A DNA stretch of 64,000 bases from assembly GCA_000004985.1 (NCBI GenBank), contig GG738909.1, one strand, 5' to 3'. Origin of the DNA: Naegleria gruberi (Eukaryota). The translations under genes were made by a program, and so were the position numbers. A model generated the notes under the pieces. The model searched no databases. It had not been told where the DNA came from and saw only the letters and a list, made by a program, of their open reading frames with translations. Each line of letters begins with the position of its first letter. Positions within the stretch are counted from its first letter, which is position 1. Below, one piece after another: positions 34,232 to 46,310 of the stretch.

Positions 34232-36436
34232 GGTTAAATATATGATACAGGTAAGATATTGTAATAGAGGAGAGAGGGATGGTTGAATATTTTCTAAATT
34301 AGGTCAACAATAGCAATAGTGATATGACAAATTTGTACAAAAAGTAGTTTGATTAAACGACGAACGCAAGGAGGGTGTGAAATGTTGTTGCACTAAAGTT
34401 CAATAGTAGTGTGCGAGTAGTGGTAGTGGTGGAATATGAAGTAATGTATCGAGTCAATTTGACAGTGAGGAATTGATGAATATTGATGTGAAGAATTGCA
34501 ACAATATTAACTGTTATGTGATTGAAAGGTAGAGTAGTACAGGGAAGGTAGAATTTACAAGTTAATCCAAAGTAGTGATAAAGGCTTGTTTCAAAAACAG
34601 TTGAATAAATAGTCAGACAGAACAATATTATAACGAATGCTGATAGGGAGGTCTCGAGTGTGGATACAACAACAGATATGAAGGTTGACAATGATTTAAC
34701 GTAGTCTCGTAATATCAATTACCACAAAAACTGTTGTGTCTTGCAAGGAAGGTTGCAGCAACAAGGCTGTATTATTGTTTTGTAAATTGTGTCGTGACAA
34801 TGTGTTATTTTCAATATATATTATTAGGCCACACACCACAGAGAGTATTGGCTGATGTTGTTGGTTGGTTTTTTTTTAGTGGAAAATGAGGTATGAACCC
34901 TCTGAGAACAATTCCACCCACTGCCAGCTGCAACACGACCTCTCCTCACACACAAGAGGCTTGTTAGCGGCGTGTTGCTGCGAGTTTCTTGTTGGCTTCT
35001 TATTGTACAGCTGTGAAAAAAAGGCACGTTGTGAGTTGTGATGAATGATTTTTCATGTCTCTTGCTTGGCACCAGTTGCGTTCAAATGAGCTCGATGCAA
35101 ATACGGAAAACAAAAATTGCGAAGCGTCACAATAGATTTTCATTTGATGCAAATTGACAGATTTGAAAAGATGAGATTTAAGAGCTTTGTTGAATATATC
35201 TCTCCCTAGTCAATAATTAATTGAATCAAATAATATTTTGCATTTTACTCTGTTTAATGTGAATATGAAGAACTTGTGATTTCCTTAATCTGATGGTTGG
35301 TGTGGTGGTGAGGCACTGATAAATCACAGTAATATTAATTGACTACTGTTCTTAAAAATGGTTAAGGTTGCCGGGCTTTGAATTTTGTATAATTAAGGAC
35401 TTTCACACAATGCAGTCCTTATTCAGTTTGAATGGATTGTATCTCCTCAAATCCTTGATTTTCACAAGTGAAGAACCCTCAAAAGAGCACTATTATGTTC
35501 TTCTCTCCAAACTGTTATTGTCAATATTGTAAACTAGGCAAGTGAATGGTTAAGAGTTTTGGTGAAGATTCCCATAATTTTGTAAATTACGTGTCATTGC
35601 AATTCGTTCTTTACATGTTGTGTGTTGAATAGGAACACGAATGAAATTCATGTGATCTTTTTTTAACTTCATTAAGACCTTTTCAACATGGAAGAAAGCT
35701 GACAGGAGTATACAACGATGGCTTTGATTTTCGTTAAAAAGCTCTTTCAACTCCGAATCAAATAAAAGCTGCCAATTCTGTACCATTGTTTTTCACTTGT
35801 TAAAGTGGCAGTTACTACTGTTGGCGAGTGTACAATTAATCAGACAACAATCGGGAAAGGGGTTTTTAACTGTAGTTGCCTCAATAGTTGTAACAACATC
35901 TGCTGCTGTTGTTCATGCAAAACATTCCGATGCTCTCAATTGGATTGTAGGAAGATTTGAATGAATTACTGTTGTTGTTGTTTTTAATTCGTTGCATTAT
36001 TGTTGTAATAGAAGGAATGGAGGTGGTACCTTGGCAAAACTCTAACGAACATTTTTCAAAGAACAATTATGAAGAAAATTAATTGAATGTAACATTCCGA
36101 GAAACTTGAGTCCGGTTAGTTGGAGTTCGATTCGAATCAATCTTGAAAATGTTGTTTTCAATATTTTGTTGAACATGGTGGTTGGGATGGTATTAATGGA
36201 ATTGGTAATAAGGTTGACTTCTTTTTGTTTGTCGTGCTTGCAGCTTCTCAATCTGTTTGGTCAGTTCCTCAAAGTATCAAAATGATTCGTTTGTTTTTAA
36301 GGAAAAAATAAGTTTAGCCTCAATAGTGTTATCGGATTCTGATTTTCTAACACTTTCTTGGAAGAAAATAAAGACACAATTATTGGAAACTCAATTTAGG
36401 AGTTGAACCTTTTCACCCAGTTAAATTTCCATCTTG

Positions 36437-38171
36437 ATGCTAAACAAAGTTCATTACAAAAAAATAAGCAAAAATCAAAGGCTTTGCTTTTCATCACAAC
36501 AACATACTCGAGTTTTCTACAACAATCAAAATAATTTATTAACAATGGTGACTAAAAGATCGCTCCGAAACAAGGAAAATGATGATGAAGAAAATACCAA
36601 AGTAAAGAATAATAATTCATCATCAATTACATCAAGTTCAAAGAAGGATAAAAAGAAACAATCAAAGAAGGAGGAAAAAAAGAACAAACAAATTGCTAAA
36701 CAGCCAGTTGTGGAAGAAGATTCTGAAGATTCAAATTCTGAAGAGGAAGTTCAAAAACCAACAAAATCAAAGAATTCTAGACTAGTTACGGAATTGTCAA
36801 AGAATGTAAAATTGGATTCAAAGGAAAATGATGTTTCATCTCAATTGGCTACTGTTAGATTTTTGAGATCAAATGGTGAGAAGGGATTGGAAAAATTAGT
36901 AACAAATTATCATTTGAAAGTTAAGAAACATTCACACTTCTCTAATTTATTTTCATTGAAATATGACATGCTGAAGAGTCCATTCTCTACTGATATTGTA
37001 CAGGAATGCAGAGGATTAGTTTTAGATAAGGATAATAATTATAAGGTTGTTTGCTATCCTTTCAAAAAGTTCTTTAATTATGGAGAAAAGTACAATGCCT
37101 CAAAAGATATCAATTGGAAGGAAGCTAGAGTTTATGAAAAAATTGATGGAAGTTTATGTACACTTTATTATTATGGGTGAGTAGCTTGCTATATTTGCAA
37201 TTTCTAAATTTGTAAGTGATATGTGGTGGATTTCAACAACAGGAACTGCCAGTGGTAATGGCTATCTCCACAATCAAAAAAGAACATTTGACAAACTCTT
37301 TTGGGATTTATGGAAAAAATTGGGTTATCAATTCCCAGATCCTAAGGAGAATAAGATTTACATGTTTGAACTCTTTTCGAATGAACATACAATCATTGTA
37401 AAGCCAGATAGAGATAGAATCGTGTTATTGGGAGTGAGGGATTTAACAACATTGAAAGAGGAAGATCCTGTACCAATTGCAGAGCAAATGAAATGGGAAT
37501 GTGTACAATCTTACCCACTCTATACTTCTGTAGGAATGGTTTTCGATGCAGCCAGAAATTTGGATCCATCCAAATATGAAGGATTTGTTGTTTGCGATTC
37601 CAATTTCAATAGAATCAAGATTAAGAGTCCACAATATGTTGCACTTGCCCATTTAGTGAATAAGGATGATGAAGATGATTCAGAAACTCAAGATTCTCCA
37701 TCCCAAATTCAATCAAAGAAGAGAAAAATGTTGCAAATTGTTCGAAGTAATGAATCATCAGAGTTTTTGGCTTACTATCCAAACCTGGAAGAGATACATA
37801 CAAGTGTTAAATCACAATATGACAAGTTGATTTCCATCACTAAGGAGATAGCATCTGACATCAAGGGAAAGTATTATAGTAATAACGAGGAAGAGACATC
37901 GAATAAGGACGCTATTGTGAACTTTATTCAAAGAAAGTGTCAAACTGATTATTCAAAATTATTAATTTCAATTTTGGATAAACAGAATCCAAACATCAAA
38001 GTTGATGAAGAGGAGATGAAGACAAGCAAAAAGTTTTCAAAAATCGTTAAGCAAACAATGACAATTGCTGTTTATCAAGAGATGTTTGGAAACAAGTCAT
38101 GTGAGCAAGTTTATACAACGGTAGAAATCTCTGCTCTTTTTGATTTGTTAAATTTTGCTTTCTACTTGTAA
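36437..38171 (+). CDS. Putative ATP-dependent RNA ligase (Rnl2/Rnl5-like nucleotidyltransferase) with a basic NLS-like N-terminus. Exons: 36437..37176 and 37217..38171.
   Basis: Exon 1 ends ...EKIDGSLCTLYYYG|GTGAGT; the KxDG(S/T) motif matches the ligase lysine-adenylation motif I. A 40-bp intron ends in TAAG. Exon 2 (DMWWISTTGTASGNGYLHNQ...IYMFELFSNEHTIIV...) is in frame, total 1695 nt. The start may instead be the ATG at 36545. Confidence 0.55.
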
Positions 38172-38245
38172 ATTAATTTGAAATATTAAAACAACAATTT
38201 CATATCAATAATTATTTATATGAAATTGGAAATAAAAAGTTAATG

Positions 38246-38348
38246 AGATGAGGTTGGTTTCGATCCAACGTCCATGGGGCATCCGTGTAACCTGTAAGAG
38301 ATTAACACGTTTGGAGGTCCATGCTCTCCCTCTGAGCTACTCACCCCA
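38246..38348 (-). tRNA. Aberrant tRNA-like locus: Trp-type anticodon loop (CUCCAAA), initiator-like T-loop (AUCGAAA) and an insertion of about 40 nt; possibly a pseudogene or intron-containing gene
   Basis: On the minus strand the locus reads GGGTGAG-TA-GCTC-AGAGGGA-GAGC-A-TGGAC-CTCCAAA... then 45 nt ...GTTGG-ATCGAAA-CCAAC-CTCATCT-C. The acceptor stems pair with G-U wobbles, and a T5 run follows. No GTCCA 3' anticodon-stem strand can be found. The heptamer CATGGAC occurs twice. Confidence 0.4.
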
Positions 38349-38409
38349 AAACCTGAAAGAAAAATTTCACCTCTATTACCTTTCCATCACTCAATTACAA
38401 TAATTACCT

Positions 38410-39867
38410 TTATTTAAATCTATTGTATTGTCTTTTAAAGTCAAATCTGAAATTTCTCAACATTTCATATCTTGTTTGAAGTGGAATATCATGATGTGAT
38501 TTAAAATTGTCATGTTTTCGAATAAGTTTTTCGGCAAGATACTTTTCCAATTCATCAAATATTGATGGTTGAATTACCTTTCCAATAGATTCTTCTGATA
38601 ATTTACAAAGTTGCGAATATTCCTTGTGAGAAGAAATCAATTTGGTAATTTCTATTACTATCTGATTCAGTTCTTGCTTTAAATTAATTTCTTCTTGTTC
38701 TATTGATTGTAAAGTATTATAAGTAATCATAGAACTTGTTGAAGTACTTGTATTCAAATCAACAATTGATGATGACATACTTGAAGTGTCACTGTCATCA
38801 GTCAAACTATTAAGTGAACCATTTAGAGATGTATTTACACTACTATTATTGTTATTAGCAATCAACTTGGAAACATATGCCAAAGTATTTGAAATTTCCT
38901 TAAATCTTTGAATCAATTCCAATAAATGATGGAATTTTGCACTTTTTGAATTGACCAAATAATTTTTAAATGATTTTCTAGAAAGTGTATCATTCATAGT
39001 ATTCAAAACTAGTACTATTTGTGTTTTTCTCAATTTTCTACTCATTGAAATATCCTTTTTAATCATTAAAGTAAATGTCAATACCACAATTGGAATTGCT
39101 ATTAACAAACAAACTCCAATAATTGTTAAACTTGTAGTGGAAGCTTGTTGAGAAATATTTAAATTATTTTGAATGTTTGCTTTGATTTTAGTTAACATGT
39201 AATTCCAACCATTTGCAAATTGACGTATGGCAGAATTCACATTTGCTGACAGGAGTAATGAAGAAGCAGCTGATAAATTTCCCTCCAAAAATATATCTAC
39301 TATTTCTTGATGTAAATTTAATAAGGAAATATTCTGAGCAGTTATATTATATTCATTTTGAATTGTATTGGAAATATCAGAATCTACCAAATTTAGTAAT
39401 TTTCCAATACTTTGTTTAAATATATCCTTTCTAGTTACCCAATCATGAATACTTGCATTATGTGAACCAATTACACCTAAATTAATATCATTAGTTGTTA
39501 ATTGATATTGATAACTCATATCATTATACGAAACTAGAGTTTCCATAATTGGTTTATTCACAACTGTATATGAATAAATAGTCATACTTCCAATTACAAT
39601 AAAAGAAATAATATTAATTATCATTCCTAATAATAATAATAATCTTACACAATCACATTCTAATACTGTACCAAAACATGTCCTTATTTGGATGGTACTA
39701 ACAAATGACTTGCTATTTATGGATTTGGATATTTTAGTAGTATTAGATTTTGGTGACTTGATACTTGTAATTGTACTTTTAATATGTTGAGGAGGTTTTA
39801 CTTCTTGTTGACAGGTGGCAGTTGACTTGTCAAGTGGTTGAGTAGATATCTTATCAAATGATGACAT
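38410..39867 (-). CDS. Two-TM receptor-like protein with a divergent cytoplasmic RGS-like domain and a C-terminal coiled coil
   Basis: TM1 is LLLLLGMIINIISFIVIGSMTIY, followed by an ectodomain of about 150 aa. TM2 is LTIIGVCLLIAIPIVVLTFTLMI, followed by LNTMNDTLSRKSFKNYLVNSKSAKFHHLLELIQRFKEI (an F..FL...S...F...L.....F RGS-like pattern) and a coiled coil. The ATG at 39867 sits in an aaaaaATGtca context; an alternative ATG lies at 39921. Confidence 0.55.
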   Translation of the reverse strand: MSSFDKISTQPLDKSTATCQQEVKPPQHIKSTITSIKSPKSNTTKISKSINSKSFVSTIQIRTCFGTVLECDCVRLLLLLGMIINIISFIVIGSMTIYSYTVVNKPIMETLVSYNDMSYQYQLTTNDINLGVIGSHNASIHDWVTRKDIFKQSIGKLLNLVDSDISNTIQNEYNITAQNISLLNLHQEIVDIFLEGNLSAASSLLLSANVNSAIRQFANGWNYMLTKIKANIQNNLNISQQASTTSLTIIGVCLLIAIPIVVLTFTLMIKKDISMSRKLRKTQIVLVLNTMNDTLSRKSFKNYLVNSKSAKFHHLLELIQRFKEISNTLAYVSKLIANNNNSSVNTSLNGSLNSLTDDSDTSSMSSSIVDLNTSTSTSSMITYNTLQSIEQEEINLKQELNQIVIEITKLISSHKEYSQLCKLSEESIGKVIQPSIFDELEKYLAEKLIRKHDNFKSHHDIPLQTRYEMLRNFRFDFKRQYNRFK

Positions 39868-40196
39868 TTTTTCTTTGTTTTTTAATTTGTTTAATAGAAT
39901 AATTTGCATCTGATATGACATTATTATTGAGAGATGACAGAATGATGTAAAGCATGGACGCAATCCAATTCTTAATCGGCAATTATAATAAGATTTTGGT
40001 AAAGAGCTACATGAAAGGTATTGATACAAGATATTAAACTTGTTTTTTAAACAGAAGGTCTATAAACTGTTAGGCAAGTCTAACTTTATTAATTATTTGA
40101 TTAGTGACGTTAAACTTTGTTAGATTTGATTGTTGCCGAATTTATTACAAATAGATAGTTGGTGGAGAGGAATCAATAACTGCGTTAAGCGAAGTA

Positions 40197-41894
40197 ATGG
40201 ATAATGCCGGACAAATAAGTCCTCGTAGACTTGGAGTTCAACTGTTGTCACTACTCAAAAAAATGTCAGAATCAAGTACAACTGCTAGTCCACAGCCAAT
40301 AAGTCTTAATGTCATATCTCCATCTACAACAAACATTGAATTGATAGAAAAGAATGTAGATATTAGTGGAGTTCTGTCAGATGCCACCTCAAATCCTCAT
40401 GAAGATGACAATGACAGTGTAATTGCAGATATTTTCGATGATATGGCATTCAATCAACCAATAGATAATCAAATAGAAGAACCAATAAGCCATCCACAAA
40501 TTTCCAAATCAAAAAACAAATTTCTAAAAAAGGTAATGTTTGGCTTGGATAGAAAAACAAGTACTTGTTGTTCAACTCAATTTAGTTGTATTTCTTGTTT
40601 ATCCATGTTAGCCCTACTTCTTAATATTGCATCTCTATTAGCAATCATTGGTTTATCAATAGCTTCAAATGTCAGTTATCAATCAGTCAAAGTTGTTGAC
40701 GTAATGTCACTTGTAACTGAGGCCACTAACATGCATACAACAATGGGTTCTAGAGTGAGAGAAGTATCCTATAATATCTATGGATATGTACCTTCCTCAG
40801 TTGTCAGATCATTTTACACCTCTTCAAAATCAACTTTGTTAAATGATTTGAAAAATTTTACAAAGATTTTGCCACCAAATGAATTGAAAATGTTAAATTC
40901 GATTGTTGATTCGAATTTTACAACAGTACCTAATTCAAAGTTATGGGAAACTGTATTGAATTTGATTAGTTCTTCAAGTACAGGAGGTGGTGGTGGTCAA
41001 CCTCCAACAGGTAATGGAACTAGTCCAGTAAATCCACAACCATCAAGAAATTCAACAAATTCTGGATCAATGACAAATTCAGTGAATACTACTGAATTGT
41101 TAGCAGCTCAAAAATTATTAGAATCTGAAGCATTTATTATTAGTGAAAAAGAAAATACGAATAATTTTGATCATTTTCTTGGTCAATTGATACAATTATG
41201 TTGGGATTCTCATAATTTAGCCAGAAGTACACTCATTGCATGTTTAGTTTTGATTTGTGCTTCGATAGCCCTTGTCATTCCATTTGCTGTTTTAATTTTC
41301 CTAATTGGGTTGATTAGTTCAAGCAAAGATGAAAAGAAACTTTTCAAAGCAAATACTATTTTACTATTCGAAACAATGGAGAGTCAAAACCTAAGACCTT
41401 TGTTTGAAAAATTCTGTATGAGTGCAGGTAGAGAACGTCAATTCAATTTCATATCCAAAACCAGAGATTATTCACAGCTCTGTAAAAGATCCTTGGAATT
41501 ACAAATGAGAACATTCGAAATTACTCAAGATATTCTAAAGGGAGGCGAATTAATAGAAAAGCCAAATGCTCTTACTTTGAAACAAGTCAATCAGAATGAA
41601 AAGTTTCTTAAGGAAGTTGAATATATGAAACAACAAGTTGCATTTGAATTATTAGAATGTATGGATATGAATTATGATATGGGAATTAACATGAATCAAA
41701 TTAATTATGATGATTTGATTCATCAAATAGATCAGTTTAATAATAAGGAAGATGATTATCAGATTCTTGATATTTTACCAGTTGATTTATTTGAAAAGTG
41801 TGAACATGAAGTTGTTCAATCATTGATAGAAGTGCATAATTATTTTAAGCAAACTGATGACTTTGTCAATGCTGTCTCAATCATTTATAAATAA
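40197..41894 (+). CDS. Two-TM receptor-like protein with a divergent cytoplasmic RGS-like domain; paralogue of 38410..39867 transcribed head to head
   Basis: ATG at 40197. TM1 is LSMLALLLNIASLLAIIGLSIA, followed by an ectodomain of about 200 aa. TM2 is LIACLVLICASIALVIPFAVLIFLIGLI, followed by LLFETMESQNLRPLFEKFCMSAGRERQFNFISKTRDY, which aligns to the RGS N-terminal helices (F..FL..EfSeENl.F...veefk). The C-terminus is helical. Confidence 0.55.
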   Translation: MDNAGQISPRRLGVQLLSLLKKMSESSTTASPQPISLNVISPSTTNIELIEKNVDISGVLSDATSNPHEDDNDSVIADIFDDMAFNQPIDNQIEEPISHPQISKSKNKFLKKVMFGLDRKTSTCCSTQFSCISCLSMLALLLNIASLLAIIGLSIASNVSYQSVKVVDVMSLVTEATNMHTTMGSRVREVSYNIYGYVPSSVVRSFYTSSKSTLLNDLKNFTKILPPNELKMLNSIVDSNFTTVPNSKLWETVLNLISSSSTGGGGGQPPTGNGTSPVNPQPSRNSTNSGSMTNSVNTTELLAAQKLLESEAFIISEKENTNNFDHFLGQLIQLCWDSHNLARSTLIACLVLICASIALVIPFAVLIFLIGLISSSKDEKKLFKANTILLFETMESQNLRPLFEKFCMSAGRERQFNFISKTRDYSQLCKRSLELQMRTFEITQDILKGGELIEKPNALTLKQVNQNEKFLKEVEYMKQQVAFELLECMDMNYDMGINMNQINYDDLIHQIDQFNNKEDDYQILDILPVDLFEKCEHEVVQSLIEVHNYFKQTDDFVNAVSIIYK

Positions 41895-41912
41895 AAGAAC
41901 CTTAATTGGAGG

Positions 41913-42038
41913 AGGTAGGTAAATGTGAAATACTTTTATAATGAATGTGCTCGTCTCGTGGTGTAATGGTAGCATAGTGGACTTTGAATCCATTGACGGA
42001 GGTTCGATTCCTCCCGAGACGGTAAACGTGGCGAGCGT
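41913..42038 (+). repeat. Direct repeat unit of about 125 bp containing tRNA-Gln (copy 1); near-identical to 46953..47077
   Basis: The flanks gaggtag(g)t(a)aaatgtgaaatacttttataatgaatgtgc (upstream) and ggtaa(a)cgtggcgagc (downstream) are shared with copy 2. Confidence 0.7.
41952..42022 (+). tRNA. tRNA-Gln(UUG): tRNA-Gln (anticodon UUG), copy 1
   Basis: CGTCTCG-TG-GTGT-AATGGTA-GCAT-A-GTGGA-CTTTGAA-TCCAT-TGAC-GGAGG-TTCGATT-CCTCC-CGAGACG-G forms a cloverleaf that matches the eukaryotic tRNA-Gln consensus. A T7 run lies 21 nt downstream. Confidence 0.85.
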
Positions 42039-42152
42039 AATAATTTTTTTATTGGCAATGGGAAAACAAATTCTTAGATATATAAGGGATGATTTTTAAG
42101 ACATCTCAAGAAGTTTCAGATAAATAATAATATAATTTTTATCTTAACTTGG

Positions 42153-45100
42153 CTATTTCTTATTTCTGGTTGATGATCGTGTCTTTCGTGGTTTCTCTTC
42201 TTCATCACTACTAGTATCATCAAAACTTTCTTGTTTCTTTCTTCTTCGAGTGGTAGTTTCCTTTTTTGATGTTTCCTTCTTTTCAAAGAATTTTGCATAC
42301 TGAATCTTGTTATCATCACTCATAAGATCTTGAACAGTTTCACCCTTATTATTTTTTAGAGATAGATCTATTACTTCGAAAATAAAATCACAGCTGCGTG
42401 ATTCTAAAGCATAAAAGGCTGCTGTTTTCAGTTCATTGTCTTGAGCATTTAGTGCATCTTGTCTGTTAACTGTTGAAAGATAATTAATCAAATCTTTCAC
42501 TATGACATCTTTGTCGGGATAGTAATTAGGTTTTTGACATGCAAAGTGAATAAGAGTTTTTCCTGTATCGTCACATTTGGTTGTAATCCAAGGAATCAAA
42601 ATATCTTTGCTCAAATCTGAATTAATGAGAATATTCTTTTTCTTTCTTCCTGTTGTATCTTCAAGTACAATATAAAACAATAGATACATTAATCCTTTCC
42701 AATAGCATATATCTAATAGACTGAAGTGGTGGTGCTTGTGGTTTTGTTTCCTTGGAGTGTTTTGTTTGGACCAAGCTAACTTGGCTTGAAACACAGTTTC
42801 CTCTAAAATGTTTAGCCAACCATTATTGTGGCAACAGTTTGGTGTGTCTTTAATTTTTTCTTCATTGTTTATAGCAATCTTGAAACGTGTACTAAACATC
42901 TTAAACCTCTCCTCAAGAGTTAAATCAGAAAAAAGAGATGCAATTGTTTCTGCCATTTCAATTTGTCCATCCTTATTCCCAAATCTATGTTTTCTTTCAA
43001 CAATTACACCAATTAGTATTTGCAAAATCTCTTCCTTTGTAAAGTCATGTGTATATGAATTATCAGAAATAATAAAATAACAAATGTTAAAATGGTTTGA
43101 TTCAAATGCTAACCGAAAATGTTTGATACTCCATTCTTGTTTTGTGGTAATATACATATTTCCTGCATCAAAAAGTCCTCTTTTTGCCAACTCATCCAAA
43201 ATGGATGTACCATCTTTGAATGGCTCACTATAGAGATTATCTAAAATACTAAGAGAAGATTCATCGGAGAAGATTTGATGAATTTGTTTAAGAATTTCAG
43301 TGGTTTCCATAATTACTGCTAGTTGGACAATATTAAGATTGCCATAAAATTCATCTTCATGTCTGAATGAAGCAATAATTGTGGCAATATCTGTAAAATT
43401 TGGTGGTTGGTACCGAAATGCTGTTAGGGAGTGATCAAGTTTAATACCAAGAATACCTTTTAAATATGAAAAATCTAATGCCTCGGAGGATTTGCTTGAA
43501 ATGACTGAGTAATAGAGTGCATCTGTTTTTTTGTTTGGAATATCAATAATATTTTCCAGTAGTTTTGCAGGGATGAGAGGATTATCTGAGTAGAAGATTT
43601 CATGAATATCAGAATGGGAATTATGTCTATGATGGGAGCACAATGATAATAAATATAAGAGTGGTGAAATGGGAGTACCCTTAACAATACAAATCTTGGT
43701 CAGTGTATCTTCAAAATTATCAAAATATTTGAAGATTGTTCTTAAGTTTTCCAAGTTTGGATTGATAATAGAATTAAATAGTTGCATTAACAATAAAGCT
43801 CTGTTGCGATCAAGATTACCCTTCTCATAATATGTATCAGACAATTCTGAAAGAGTCTCATTTAAATTACATCCTCTAACAAGTAGATTTTCTAGTAAAT
43901 CAAGTGTAGAAATCTTTTCATCACAGCCAAAATAGAAATGTGAATTTGGTTCATCTGAATCGAGTCTTTCTATTACGTTGGTAAGGAAGCTTTTGTTGTT
44001 ATAGCGTTTTGTCAATGTTTCTTCTGAAATTGAGTCAATAAGTGCTGTAACGTCAGTATCTGAGTTAAAGTGACCTAAAAAGTAAAACAAAGGAAGATTT
44101 TCATCTTCATCAATAGCATTAGCATCAACTCCTAACTGGATTAATTTGCTAACTATTCCTCTTGCTTTAGAGCACAAATTGATTAATTTGTGCAGCAAGT
44201 TTTGATTCTTTTCAAATTTCAATTCATTAATTGATAAACCATATTTTGAATACGCTTTTCCAAATGCATCAATTGTGGTTAATAATTCATTATTCTCAAT
44301 ATTTCTTTCAATTTCAATTCTTTTGATTAAACGTTCTAAAGGATTATAACCCTTATTATTTTTCATTTGAAAATATTCTACTGGTACTGCATCAATAAGA
44401 GCTATCAGGAGTGTTAAATATTTAAAAAAAGAATAAACTACTTACATGGAGAACAAGGATGTATATGAATGAGATTATTTCCTGTTGTTGGACAAACAAA
44501 CTTGACATCACAACCAGCCTTAATCAAGGATGAAATAATATTTTCATCAATAGTGTATTCATTATTGCTAGCACCTGTCAAATATGAATGTAAAATGTTT
44601 AAATTCATTTCATCTCCATTCACAATACCTTTTACATCACCTAATGTAATAATAGATGGATTAAGAGTACATAAAAATTCAATAATTTCTGGTTGATGAG
44701 TGGATTTACTTCTCTTAATGAACAATAATAATGGATTGATTTCTTCATCACATACAAGTGGAAAATTAGATTGTTCAAATAATATTTTAAACATTTTAGG
44801 ACTGGAAGTACGAGATAATACTTGAGAAATAATATTCCAATCAATATCCATTGGAGATAGTAGATTTTTGAAAAATTGTTTTTCATACATGTAATCAATG
44901 ATTTCATCATTTTCTATATAAAGAATTTGAGAGTAAGAAGCAAGTAGAGGTGTACCATAGCCTCTTTCCACATGTTTTACATTCTCTTCTAAAATAAAGT
45001 CAATCAATGCTTTGCTATAAAGAGGTCCTGGTAATAATAGAATGTTCAATCTCTTAAGAGAGAAGTGTTGTTCCTTAACAAGGTATTTGAATAAATTAAT

Positions 45101-46084
45101 TACATTTTCAGGAATAAGGCAATTTGTTACTGTTATAAGTGTTGAGTTATCTATATTCATTGCCTTGACAATAGAGCTAAATTGAGTCAAATATTTCTTA
45201 TTAGTAATGGATTGAATATTTGTAATATCTTGTCTGTAAGTGATATTCATTTCTAAAGGATAATTTCTACGAGTATCCACAGTGAGTGGGCCAACATAAA
45301 ATATCTCCATAGTTTGTAATTTGTGAAAAAGAGTCAACATGTTATTTGGTACATTAACTCTGGTACCAAAACCTGGTACAATTAACTTTTCAACATTTGG
45401 GAATAAAAGTGCCAATAATCTAATGCAATCATTATTTGTTCTAATATCACAATATGAATCATACCAAGGGAAATTATATTTCACTAATTCATAATCGATA
45501 TCATTTCTTTGAATCAAGTCAAGTTCCTTCACATTTTGACAAATGACTGTATCAAAATCATCTAACCACTGTTGTGAAATACATCTAATATTTAAAAAGT
45601 ATGGAAATGGAGGAACATATTCAAGTATCATGTGGAGAATATGTCTAGGTAAATAACAATCAAATTTAGGTAAATAGAAAAATCCTTGTTCCTATCCAAT
45701 AAAATCAATTAATATCAAGGCTTTAGAATAAAAACTTACCCAATCCATTCTTTTGACTTTTTTACTTCTAGCATCCAATAAACGTTTAGTATTAAAAATA
45801 CCAATAACAGATACTGATTGCTCACCATCCTCATCAACCATATTATCATCATTTCCCTCTTCTTCAACATTTTGTGAATCATCCCCAACTACTTCTTTAA
45901 TTCTTTCTTCTGTACTCTTTTTTAATTTCTTTTTAGGAGCACGTAGTGGTTGTGGTGATTCATTTACTTTCTCTTCCGATGATGTTACAGAGTCATCAAC
46001 ATCACTCAACACTGAATCGACGGATTCATCTGATGAATAGTCAACATATTTAGTGGCTCGCTTTTTTCCAGTTCTTGGAGGCAT
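42153..46084 (-). CDS. Large F-box protein with LRR-like and ankyrin-like regions and a charged C-terminal tail, 1279 aa. Exons: 45740..46084, 44446..45691 and 42153..44401.
   Basis: Exon 1 (ATG 46084..46082, MPPRTGKKRATKY... acidic S-rich) ends MDW|GTAAGT. A 48-bp intron ends in ATAG. Exon 2 starts EQGFFYLPKFDCYLPRHILHMILEYVPPFPYFLNIRCISQQW (F-box consensus LP..IL..I...L........VCK.W). Its donor is CCA T|GTAAGT, and the 44-bp intron ends in GATAG (an alternative 59-bp acceptor exists). Exon 3 runs to a basic tail. The total of 3840 nt is in frame. Confidence 0.7.
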
Positions 46085-46310
46085 TCTTTTTGTGTGTGAT
46101 GAAAATTTTAGTATACTACCGAAACTAATAAAAAATCTTCAGATTAGGAAGAAAAAGCATTCTTCTAAATTCTTGAAAATGTAACAATTGGAACTTATTC
46201 GTACTCTAACCAATCAATTCACATCATGATATTTTTTAATAACAAGGCCGCAACAATAACTTTTCTTCTCCACTTTGCACAATTTTTGGATGTTTAAGGC
46301 AACTCTCGTA

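Noticed and set aside
34353-35072. ORFs 34353..34718 and 34824..35072 (minus) just upstream of the GATA gene
   Set aside because: No ATG in a good context, odd composition (Cys/Thr/Val-rich) and no recognisable motif. I interpret them as chance ORFs within the strand-skewed non-coding region.
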